Shown here: positions 39,540 to 48,050 of the stretch, piece by piece
Layout of the letters: every line of letters starts with the position of its first letter
Position numbering within the stretch: position 1 is the stretch's first letter
Assembly: GCA_963663385.2 (NCBI GenBank)
Contig: CAXXXD010000004.1
Coordinates: forward strand, 640,001-704,000
Direction: 5' to 3'
DNA: 64,000 bases
From: Oceanispirochaeta sp.
GTDB taxonomy: Bacteria > Spirochaetota > Spirochaetia > DSM-2461
The notes under the pieces: model-generated
Databases searched by the model: none
Told to the model about the DNA's origin: nothing
What the model saw: only the letters and a program-made list of their open reading frames with translations
Made by a program: the position numbers and the translations under genes

Positions 39540-40244
39540 TCAGAAACGGAAGAATCTTCTGTCTTCGTCTATGGCATCCTGCATAATGTGCTTGGCGTGG
39601 AAGAACAGAACAAATAACAGGGGGAGGCTGAGCCAGGCGAGAGCTCCTCCGTAAAACAGGAAGAAGTCATAGAGTCCGTGGTAGAAAACGGCCAGGAAGA
39701 GTCCCAGAGGGATGAGGTTTTTTCCTTCCATTTTTGTTCTGCCCATATAATAACCCATTACGGCGGAAGTGAGCCCGTGGAGGGGAACGGCCGTGACTCC
39801 CCTTGTCAGGAGGAGGGTCCATGAGTGATAACTGTTCATGGAATAGATAATATTTTCCAGAAAGGCAAAACCCAGACCGGCTGACACGGTGTATATGATG
39901 CCGTCTGTCACTTCGTCGAACGCCGGATGGGGGTAGATATGCTGTTTCACCATATAGAGCTTACAGCTCTCCTCAACCAGAGCCGTCACAACAAAGGCCC
40001 GGAAGGCTATCTGCATTAGCGGCGTCATCCCCGGGAGGGGCAGGTAGTCCAGAAGGAGTTCGATAATTACCGCCGGGATGGTTGAGAGAATTCCAAAGAA
40101 GAAGGCCTTGATAACAACCTGCCGGGGTTCCGGCCGGGGATCCCTCCTGTAAAAATAGTTCAGAAGAATCAGGGCCGGAATCAGCGCCAGCAGAAAGTTT
40201 ATAACCTGAGGCAGCAGCAGGAAGGCAAAGAGAAATCCTATCAT
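39540..40244 (-). CDS. prsW: PrsW family intramembrane glutamic protease
   Basis: D...PEP, VEESCK, DGIIY..SAGLGFAFLEN, R...AVPLHG, HGLYDF. Confidence 0.9.
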   Translation of the reverse strand: MIGFLFAFLLLPQVINFLLALIPALILLNYFYRRDPRPEPRQVVIKAFFFGILSTIPAVIIELLLDYLPLPGMTPLMQIAFRAFVVTALVEESCKLYMVKQHIYPHPAFDEVTDGIIYTVSAGLGFAFLENIIYSMNSYHSWTLLLTRGVTAVPLHGLTSAVMGYYMGRTKMEGKNLIPLGLFLAVFYHGLYDFFLFYGGALAWLSLPLLFVLFFHAKHIMQDAIDEDRRFFRF

Positions 40245-41305
40245 TTATCCGCAATCCCGGTCTGACTCAGTATCCGGATAAACTCCCGATTCTGATCCTC
40301 TGTGCCGATGGTGAATCGGATCCACTCCTCCATCCCGAAAGAGGCAAGGGGGCGAATCGCCATACCTTCTGACAGGAACTCATTAAAAACGGCTTTACTG
40401 TCTTTATTCACTTTTATACAGATAAAATTGGCTTCTGTGGGATAATAGGTAAATCCAAGACGATCCAGTTCCCTGTAGAGGTATGCCTTTCCCTTCTCAC
40501 AGAGTTCCAGAGTGCGGGAAATGAATTCTCTGTCATCCATGGCCGCCGAACCTGCAAGCTGCGCCAGTATATTTACATTAAAAGCCTGCTTTGTACGCAG
40601 TACCTGCTGAATCAGTTCGGGATGAGCCATGGCATATCCCAGGCGAAGACCCGCAAGACCGTAAAGCTTGGAGAAGGTATGTGTAACAATAAGCTGTTTG
40701 TTTTCCATTATAAGGTCCCGACCGGAGGAAAAATCCGCAGAGGTGGCAAACTCCCCGTATGCTTCATCCAGAACGGTAAGGACGTGAGAGGGAACGGCAT
40801 TCAGGAAATCCTGTAATTCCCGCGTATTAAGGTATCGTCCGGTGGGATTGTTCGGGTTGCAGATAAAAACCAGAGAGGTTTTGTCTGTAATCTGGTCAAG
40901 GATTCCTTTCGTATCGTAGCGTCCCTCTATTAACGGGACCTTTTTTACGTGGCCGCCGTATAGAAGGCCCGAAAAGTTATACTCCGAGAAAGTTTCCCTG
41001 GCTGTGACAACTTCGTACCCTTCCTCAAGGTAGGTCCCGGCAATCATGGCGAATATCTCATCCGATCCATTCCCGGCAATGATGCACTCTTTGGGAAGAT
41101 TGTGATGGGCCGCTATGGTTTCGCAGAGAAGTCCTGACATCCCGTCGGGATAACGGTGCAGATGATTAAGTTCCTGAGATATGGCAGCCATCGCCCTGGG
41201 AGATGGTCCGAGGGGATTTTCATTTGATGAAAGTTTGACTGCTCCGGGTCGTGTTTTCCCGGCAACATAGAGTTCTACCGATTCGAGGGTTTTGCGGATT
41301 TTCAT
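40241..41305 (-). CDS. hisC: Histidinol-phosphate aminotransferase
   Basis: KLSSNENP, GNGSDE, CNPNNPTG, DEAY, TFSKLYGLAGLRLGY. Confidence 0.93.
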   Translation of the reverse strand: MKIRKTLESVELYVAGKTRPGAVKLSSNENPLGPSPRAMAAISQELNHLHRYPDGMSGLLCETIAAHHNLPKECIIAGNGSDEIFAMIAGTYLEEGYEVVTARETFSEYNFSGLLYGGHVKKVPLIEGRYDTKGILDQITDKTSLVFICNPNNPTGRYLNTRELQDFLNAVPSHVLTVLDEAYGEFATSADFSSGRDLIMENKQLIVTHTFSKLYGLAGLRLGYAMAHPELIQQVLRTKQAFNVNILAQLAGSAAMDDREFISRTLELCEKGKAYLYRELDRLGFTYYPTEANFICIKVNKDSKAVFNEFLSEGMAIRPLASFGMEEWIRFTIGTEDQNREFIRILSQTGIADK

Positions 41306-41320
41306 GTAATCTCCTATTAT

Positions 41321-42730
41321 TCAGGTCTTTACATACTTATGCAGGATTTTCTTAAGGTCAATAGGACTCACAGGTTTCCCTAAAAAATCATCTATTCCGG
41401 ACTCAAGTATCCTCTTCCTGTCTTCAGCCATGGCCAATGCCGTAAGAGCGATAATAGGAATGGGGCAGGATGTTTTTCCCTCCAGTTTACGTATAGCCCG
41501 GGCTGTATCATAACCATCCATCACAGGCATCTGGATATCCATTAATATTATATCCGGCTTCTCATTGATAAATTTATCCAATCCCTCTTTCCCGTTTTCG
41601 GCCGTGGTTACCTGATAACCGGCTTTTTCCATTGTGCGTACAGCCAATAGCTGGTTTACGCGGTTATCTTCCATCAGAAGAATCAGCGGTCCTTCTGTGT
41701 GGTGATGCTCGAGCTGTTCTTTTTCCAGGTGCTCCGGATGGGCTACCGGTATCAGCTCATTCTGTATCGGTTCCGGAGACGTGAGGGGGAGGAAAAAACG
41801 GAATGTGCTTCCTTCTCCTTCCCTGCTTTTTACATCTATCATTCCGCCCATACTGCTGGTCAGGTGGGCGCAGATAGCCAGTCCCAATCCGGTTCCGCCG
41901 TATTTTCTGGTAGTTGAGTCATCAACCTGTGTAAAGGACCGGAACAGGAGATGCTGCTTGTTGGACGGGATTCCTATTCCCGAATCGGCAATATAGAAAT
42001 AGATCCGGGGATTCCCCTCATTTTTCTCTACACAGGCTGATATCTCTATATACCCTTTTTTCGTAAATTTGAGAGCATTGCTCAGCAGGTTCATGATAAT
42101 CTGTCTGATTCTAACCGGATCCCCCATTATCTTTTCCGGCAGATCCGGAGAGGGGTTATAGCGAAACGCAAGTCCCTTGGCTTTAGCCTGAGGAGAGAAT
42201 ATCCGCACAATATCTTCCATAAAAACGGTTAATTTAAAGGGGATATGTTCTATATTCAGTTTCCCTGCTTCAATCTTGGAGTAATCCAGGATATCGTTGA
42301 TTACACGCATCAGGGAGTCTGCTGAAAGCCTGATAACTTCCAGATACTCCTTCAGGACGGGAGAGGTCTCTTCTTCCAGGGCCAGGTCGGTCATCCCTAC
42401 AATCCCGTTCATGGGAGTTCTGATCTCATGGGTCATGGAGGCCAGGAAGGTCCCGGCTGTGCTCCGGTTTTTCTTCCTTTTCCTTTCCTGGGAGATACGC
42501 CACATAATGGGACCGGCACTGTCAACCGGCGAAATATCCTCCAGATTAAATTCATCCTGCCGGGGAGTCAGGAGAGCATGGATATGACGGTCCCTAAGAT
42601 CGGAATCCTCCATTTTCAGCAGTTCCCGGGCTTTCCTGTTGGCGGCCTGTATCAGCCCCGCGTCGTTGCTTATAATCAGGGCTTCATTCATCGTTTCAAA
42701 AAGCTGCATCATTTCATCGAATCGAATCAA
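41321..42730 (-). CDS. Cytoplasmic hybrid histidine kinase (PAS-like, HisKA, HATPase, receiver)
   Basis: FLASMTHEIRTPMNG, NLLSNALKFT, YGGTGLGL, LMDIQMP; TTG start at 42730 overlaps the upstream stop, GGAGAG RBS. Confidence 0.9.
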   Translation of the reverse strand: MIRFDEMMQLFETMNEALIISNDAGLIQAANRKARELLKMEDSDLRDRHIHALLTPRQDEFNLEDISPVDSAGPIMWRISQERKRKKNRSTAGTFLASMTHEIRTPMNGIVGMTDLALEEETSPVLKEYLEVIRLSADSLMRVINDILDYSKIEAGKLNIEHIPFKLTVFMEDIVRIFSPQAKAKGLAFRYNPSPDLPEKIMGDPVRIRQIIMNLLSNALKFTKKGYIEISACVEKNEGNPRIYFYIADSGIGIPSNKQHLLFRSFTQVDDSTTRKYGGTGLGLAICAHLTSSMGGMIDVKSREGEGSTFRFFLPLTSPEPIQNELIPVAHPEHLEKEQLEHHHTEGPLILLMEDNRVNQLLAVRTMEKAGYQVTTAENGKEGLDKFINEKPDIILMDIQMPVMDGYDTARAIRKLEGKTSCPIPIIALTALAMAEDRKRILESGIDDFLGKPVSPIDLKKILHKYVKT

Positions 42731-44916
42731 AACTCTCCCCCGTTTTTTAAAATATGGTAGGTGAAAAACAGTACTCCCAGAGAGTTGGAACTGTCGGCTT
42801 TTTCTATATCCAGCCTGCGGATGGAGTTCAGTACCGGTATTGCGGCGCCCCTGGCACGGGTCCCGGATAATACCGAGCAGCACCACTCCCACACAAGCTG
42901 ATATTTTCCCCCCGTGAAACTTCTGTACAGCCACTCCTGGTTTTTATAGAAGAGTTCCATCTCTCTGGCTTCATCCAGCAGGATAATCATTCCTTCTCCC
43001 GGTTCATCATTATTTCTCTGAAAAATCCATCCCAGGGGCGGATTCATTCCCAATTGCTGAGAAATAAGGGTTATGTAGTTTTGTACATAGGTTTCACCCA
43101 TGGACAAGGTCTTTTCATCAAAAATGGTTTCCAGCCATTCTCCCTGGGGATGCATATTATGAAAAGCAATCAGGTAGTTTAAATCCCGTTCAATATTTCC
43201 CCGCTGACCTTCTGAAAACCTCTTATATATGGATTCGTAATGGTCCCTGTTTCCTATTCTGCCCAGGGACTTTGCCGCATTGGCCGAGATAAGACAGTCT
43301 TTATCGTCAAGCAGTTTTATCAGAAGCTCTTCCACCTTTTTTTCCGGATAAGCTCCCAGGGCGAAAATCGCCTCCTTTCTGTTGAAGCTGCAGGGCTCCG
43401 AGGCTTCCGTCAGCAGTTCCGGGATAAGCTGGGGCCTTTTCTTTTCAAAAAGGGTTTTAATGATTTCTCCCCTTTCCGGAGAAAGGGGCTGGAGGAATTT
43501 CTGACGTATCTCATCGTTTGCAAGGGAGGATCCGGTATAGCCCAGAGACAGGAGCAGGGACTTCCGCTGCAGAGTTGTATTATAGGTACTGAGCCGGTTA
43601 ATATCCCGGAATGTACGCAAATGGTCAATGGACAGGAGCATCGTCCAGGTTTCTTTTAAGGATGCGCTGCCTTTTTCTTCGAATCGGGCGGCCGTCAGGG
43701 TTATAATCAGGCACAGGATGACTCCCATGGAATAGGTTAGACCGTATGTGTTGAGATACGGCAGAGCCAGTATCTCGGACCAGTCCGCCAGATACCCTCC
43801 CGAGAACCCCAGTCCAAGGGCCACCAGAGAGGTAATAAAGACATCCATTGATGTAAAACTTACAGAATCTTCATCTGGTATAAGCTGGACAAACAGACGG
43901 GAAGCAAGAAGGATCAGCGATGTCTGGAGCATAACCGTAATAAATCCCAGAAAATAAAAAAACTCGGCACTTCGGGATGTATCTGTCAGCATCCATACAA
44001 CCAGTATCCCGCCGGTAGCTACTGCGGTGGGGAGAATGAACGGCCGGCTTCCGAGTCTGTCGGCAAAAGGTTTTATCATCTGAGCACCCATAATGGCGGC
44101 CAGGGTGATTATAATTGTATAAAGGAAGATCATGGGGGAGGAGAAGCCGGCGTATTTTCTCAAGAAGGGGATAGTCATTCCCGTTATAATTTCGATCCCC
44201 ACACTGCACCAGCGGACAATCAATACGCTCCGTTCCAGGGGTTTTCCCATATTTTCAATAAAAAGTTTTCCCACATGCCTGCCTTTGTGATGTTCAATAA
44301 TCTCACGGCAGGGGATTCTTTTCATTGCTCTGGCTGATAATGTATTTGAAAGGACGCCCAGTACCTGGAGGAACAGGATCTCGGTCTGTTCCGATACAAA
44401 CTGCGTGGTGGTTACAAGATAACTGAACACTCTGGAAAAAATAGCTGTCGTATTGAAACGGGTGGAGGCTGTCATAATAACCTCACCTCTGGTCCGGCTG
44501 GTAGAGATCATTTTCTGTATATTCTGCTGAACTGATACTCCGATTGTTCTGGTTATACTGAAAAGGGTATAGATTGTCAGGATGAGGAATACCGCTGATT
44601 GTCCGCTGAAAAAGGTAAGGGCGAGGTAACCGAGACAAAAGAATCCCCGCAATAACCAGGCGATATAACCGACGGTAAGAATGGATTTCCCGTTAAAAAC
44701 CTTTGTATAAAAAAGCAGACTGATACCTGTTATGTAAATGACAGATGAGATATAGCCTAATTGCGTGTTAGTCGCTCCGTACAGGATGGCTAACAGGTAA
44801 ACTGTCGTATTCCCCAGAAAACTGAACCCGATTCCGTTCCAGCCGGCGTATCGGTAATAATATTTTCTTCCGGTTTCTCTTTCGTACTGGGAAAGGTACT
44901 TGGTTTTTTTGATCAT
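42727..44916 (-). CDS. MFS-like transporter fused to a C-terminal HEAT-repeat domain
   Basis: About 12 hydrophobic segments with ADRLGSR; RKEAIFALG, NAAKSLGRIG HEAT-like repeats. Confidence 0.75.
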   Translation of the reverse strand: MIKKTKYLSQYERETGRKYYYRYAGWNGIGFSFLGNTTVYLLAILYGATNTQLGYISSVIYITGISLLFYTKVFNGKSILTVGYIAWLLRGFFCLGYLALTFFSGQSAVFLILTIYTLFSITRTIGVSVQQNIQKMISTSRTRGEVIMTASTRFNTTAIFSRVFSYLVTTTQFVSEQTEILFLQVLGVLSNTLSARAMKRIPCREIIEHHKGRHVGKLFIENMGKPLERSVLIVRWCSVGIEIITGMTIPFLRKYAGFSSPMIFLYTIIITLAAIMGAQMIKPFADRLGSRPFILPTAVATGGILVVWMLTDTSRSAEFFYFLGFITVMLQTSLILLASRLFVQLIPDEDSVSFTSMDVFITSLVALGLGFSGGYLADWSEILALPYLNTYGLTYSMGVILCLIITLTAARFEEKGSASLKETWTMLLSIDHLRTFRDINRLSTYNTTLQRKSLLLSLGYTGSSLANDEIRQKFLQPLSPERGEIIKTLFEKKRPQLIPELLTEASEPCSFNRKEAIFALGAYPEKKVEELLIKLLDDKDCLISANAAKSLGRIGNRDHYESIYKRFSEGQRGNIERDLNYLIAFHNMHPQGEWLETIFDEKTLSMGETYVQNYITLISQQLGMNPPLGWIFQRNNDEPGEGMIILLDEAREMELFYKNQEWLYRSFTGGKYQLVWEWCCSVLSGTRARGAAIPVLNSIRRLDIEKADSSNSLGVLFFTYHILKNGGEF

Positions 44917-45039
44917 ATTTTTTCAATTTCCCGATTCGTGAATAAGGGTTTCTAGAATAATAGGCTTTTGTTCTGTAAGGGTAAAGAAAAAAATTGAAAA
45001 AAAACGTAACCATTCCCGGTCTTTTCAGTTTTACTTTAT

Positions 45040-45136
45040 GTAAGCGTTTCCGAAGAGGGAATGACTTGCTTTTTTCATTTGAATTTCTCCAGTTTTCTGG
45101 CCCCGGTTTTCCTCCTTTTCCGGGGCCTCTTTTTTT
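45040..45136 (+). ncRNA. Candidate sRNA 1 with anti-SD terminator loop
   Basis: GTAACC-16-GTTTTA promoter-like motif at 45006; GGCCCCGG-TTTTCCTCCTTTT-CCGGGGCC hairpin plus T tract; 5' end approximate. Confidence 0.5.
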
Positions 45137-45334
45137 ATGGGTTAACAACAGGGTTAATTCCGGTGTTCCTGCTCAATCTTTTCACAGGCTGCCGCGTCGA
45201 AGGAATACTCATTTAACACATAATAATTCCGATCTCAACCTGTTGTTATAATCGGGTGAATAAAGGGGCGGAAAAACTTTTCAAAAAAATGTTTTTTTTT
45301 GTAACCCTCTCTATGGGGTGATGTTTAATGAGTA

Positions 45335-45422
45335 TAAATGGCAAAGATTTTCTTTTTGGGTTTGTAGTTTCATTTTTTTTCTTCGCCCCCGGGTTTCCTC
45401 CTTTTCCCGGGGGCTTTTTTTT
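45335..45422 (+). ncRNA. Candidate sRNA 2 with anti-SD terminator loop
   Basis: GTAACC-16-GTTTAA at 45301; GCCCCCGGG-TTTCCTCCTTTT-CCCGGGGGC hairpin plus T8; 5' end approximate. Confidence 0.5.
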
Positions 45423-45426
45423 CGGA

Positions 45427-47391
45427 TCAATCCGCGGCGGAAAAGAAATTCTGAAACTCGTCGTCCGCCTGACGGATAAACTGTTTGAGCTCTTCATCGC
45501 TGCAGTTTGCCATCTTTTCAAATGTACAGCTGATATCGATGTCTATATCTTCCGAGTGCCTGACATAGGTCGTCTGGTAGAGAGCCAGCTTTTTATCTTT
45601 GTGAATCCCGATCTCAAGGAGTTTGCGGGCGCCCTGACGGATCAGTTTCAGTTTTTCCATCAGGTCCTCCCGGGACTCAATGCTCCAGACTCCCAGGAAA
45701 ATAGCCTGGGAATCATTATTCATATCCCCTATGAATTCTCCTCTCAGGAGTCTGTTCTTTTCTTTTCCCAGGTAGGGGGCAAAATCAAGGTGTTCCGCCA
45801 GCTTCCGGTCTGTCGCCAGGAAATTCCCCGTTTCCGGGTCCATGGTGAATATAATAACGTTCTCAAAGGCCTGTCCGTAGCTTTTAAAAAGCGCTCCCCG
45901 GAAATCATTGATATCTATGGCGGAAAAGAGCCGTTCCTGTCTTCTGTGTATGGCTCCGGATATTTCTATCAGCCATTCCTTCATGGTCTCATACTCGCAG
46001 CTGTACTCAGAAACCTCTTCTTCCAGGGCTTCTGCACTGATCCGGTTCTGAAGATAGGAGAGCACTGTTCGGAAGATTGTTCTGATATTGTGGAATTTGC
46101 TGAATTTAAGAATCAGATCAAAAAGGAATATTTCCATTTTGCGGAGTTGCCAGATCGAGGCGATATATTCGGTTCGATCGGGATTGTCACTTCTGGCCGG
46201 TTCTTCCCACAGCTGTTTGAATTCATTCAGCCTTCGATCCATCTGAATGTACCATCTGTCCAGGGTCCCCGCGACCTTTTCCATCCGGATATGCCATTCC
46301 GTGCCCTCCCCCTCAATACTCTCCACATGGATGTTCTCCGGTCCGAAGGTGGAATAGATCTGTCTGGTTCCCAGTCCTTCTCCGCTTTTTTTACCCTTTG
46401 TCGTTACCCCGACAAACGCGGGAATACCCTCTTCGGTCAGCTTCATCTTCTCCGCCGGGATACCCGCTCCATTATCCTTCAAGAGGAGGTGAACCGTATC
46501 TTCCTTCCTGGTAATGGATATTTCTATAATGCCCCGGCGCCCTGTCTCTCTGATGGACTCCAGGGAGTTGGATACCATATTAATCAGGGCTCTGCCGATG
46601 TTTACATAAAAACCGGGAACCATGGGCATCCGGGAACTCAGTTTAAGGTAGAGTTCACAGGGAATGGTGGAGGCTTCCACGTACGGGACAATCCGGTCCA
46701 GAATAACCTCCTGCAGGTTGACTTTATGCACTATCTGCATGGTATCCCGGAAGGAGTTGAGCATGTTGATCAGCGTTGTGGTTTCCCTGTTAATATCTTC
46801 GATTATCCGGTCTCCGTTATCCACGGAAAGCATATCTACCATGCTGGAAAGCAGACGGAGGGTTTTTCTGGCATCATGACGGGTCTTTCCGATTTCCTCA
46901 TCGGTCTGGGCATAGTCTTTCCTGTCCGGCATGGAGTAGGACAGGATCTGCTCTTTTGCTGCAATTAAATTATTGTATATAAGATTCCGGTATACGATAG
47001 GATCCCTCGATTCAAACCCTTTTTTATGAAAGAACTCAATCGTATCGATCTGTTTCTCCCAGATATAGAGGTAAACCCTGGATTTCTTCGGGATACTCCA
47101 GGCAAGGTTCTCAATAAAATGCGAACCGATCCCCTTGCCTCGTCCAAAGGGACTGGTAACAATTTTGTAGATCAGAAAATTCTTCTTTTCCTTATCCGAG
47201 TAGACAAGCATATAACCAAGAATTTCACCTTCGTCTATCCAGACTGAGCTGAATTCCCTGTCTTTTGTAATTTCCGGATCCTTGATATAGGGGGAGGGGA
47301 TGATAAAGGTATCGATATTCAGAAGAGGATTCCTGAGGACCTGATCTTCAATCTCCTGAGTCAGCGGTCTGATATGATTGTGCCCTTCCAT
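45427..47391 (-). CDS. GNAT acetyltransferase-histidine kinase fusion with uncharacterised C-terminal region
   Basis: SPFGRGKGIG and FFHKKGF GNAT motifs; RHDARK H-box-like; NMVSNS, DNGAGI, GEGLG; start 47391 (TAATG overlap). Confidence 0.8.
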   Translation of the reverse strand: MEGHNHIRPLTQEIEDQVLRNPLLNIDTFIIPSPYIKDPEITKDREFSSVWIDEGEILGYMLVYSDKEKKNFLIYKIVTSPFGRGKGIGSHFIENLAWSIPKKSRVYLYIWEKQIDTIEFFHKKGFESRDPIVYRNLIYNNLIAAKEQILSYSMPDRKDYAQTDEEIGKTRHDARKTLRLLSSMVDMLSVDNGDRIIEDINRETTTLINMLNSFRDTMQIVHKVNLQEVILDRIVPYVEASTIPCELYLKLSSRMPMVPGFYVNIGRALINMVSNSLESIRETGRRGIIEISITRKEDTVHLLLKDNGAGIPAEKMKLTEEGIPAFVGVTTKGKKSGEGLGTRQIYSTFGPENIHVESIEGEGTEWHIRMEKVAGTLDRWYIQMDRRLNEFKQLWEEPARSDNPDRTEYIASIWQLRKMEIFLFDLILKFSKFHNIRTIFRTVLSYLQNRISAEALEEEVSEYSCEYETMKEWLIEISGAIHRRQERLFSAIDINDFRGALFKSYGQAFENVIIFTMDPETGNFLATDRKLAEHLDFAPYLGKEKNRLLRGEFIGDMNNDSQAIFLGVWSIESREDLMEKLKLIRQGARKLLEIGIHKDKKLALYQTTYVRHSEDIDIDISCTFEKMANCSDEELKQFIRQADDEFQNFFSAAD

Positions 47392-47957
47392 TATTCTCCT
47401 GCCAGGCCCAGTTCGACTGCGGATTTTCTCATTCCTTCTATGGTCATGGTAATAAGTTCGCTTAACTCCATGCCCAGCATCTCCGCACCTTTTTCGATGA
47501 TGCTGCGATCCACTCCTGCGGAGAACTGTCTGGCCTTCCATTTTTTCTTTACCGATTTAGCCGTCATGTCCATTATGCTTTTTGAGGGACGGACCAGCGC
47601 TGTCGCTGTGATCAGACCGGTCAGTTCGTCTGTGGCAAAGAGAACTTTCTCCATCTCCTCGACCGGTTCCGTTTCGCTGCAGATACCCCATCCGTGGGAA
47701 ACCACCGCATGAATATATTCTGCGGGCCATCCCCTCTCTTTCAGTATCTCCTCGGCTTTGCTGCAGTGCCGGTCCGGGTACATTTCATAGTCCAGGTCGT
47801 GGATCAGGCCTATTACACCCCATTTTTCAGGATCTTCTCCTCTTATTTCCGCTGCATGCCGCATCACGGCTTCCACAGCCAGGGCGTGTTTGAAAAGGCT
47901 TTCGCTTTTGTTGAATTCCTTAAAAAGTTCTATGGCATTAGTTCTGTCCGGCATCAT
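47391..47957 (-). CDS. HD-domain (HDIG) hydrolase
   Basis: KHALAVEAVM, GLIHDLDYE, HAVVSHG, DELTGLI, FSAGVDR; AAGGAG RBS before ATG 47957. Confidence 0.9.
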   Translation of the reverse strand: MMPDRTNAIELFKEFNKSESLFKHALAVEAVMRHAAEIRGEDPEKWGVIGLIHDLDYEMYPDRHCSKAEEILKERGWPAEYIHAVVSHGWGICSETEPVEEMEKVLFATDELTGLITATALVRPSKSIMDMTAKSVKKKWKARQFSAGVDRSIIEKGAEMLGMELSELITMTIEGMRKSAVELGLAGE

Positions 47958-48050
47958 GTCCTGCTCCTTTATCGCTTTCGCGGATTTTCTTCGAAAAGTC
48001 ACTGTCGCTGATGATGAAAAGGGACCCGAATACTACCGTATTCCCTTTTA

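Noticed and set aside
42731..42934. N-terminal extension of the hybrid kinase
   Set aside because: Overlaps the MFS-HEAT gene; a coupled TTG start with RBS exists at 42730
45328..46968. 546 aa plus-strand ORF
   Set aside because: Antisense shadow of the GNAT-kinase gene, crosses a terminator, no recognisable motifs
47392..47541. N-terminal extension of the GNAT-kinase
   Set aside because: Lies inside the HD gene; TAATG coupling at 47391 with AGGAG RBS fits better
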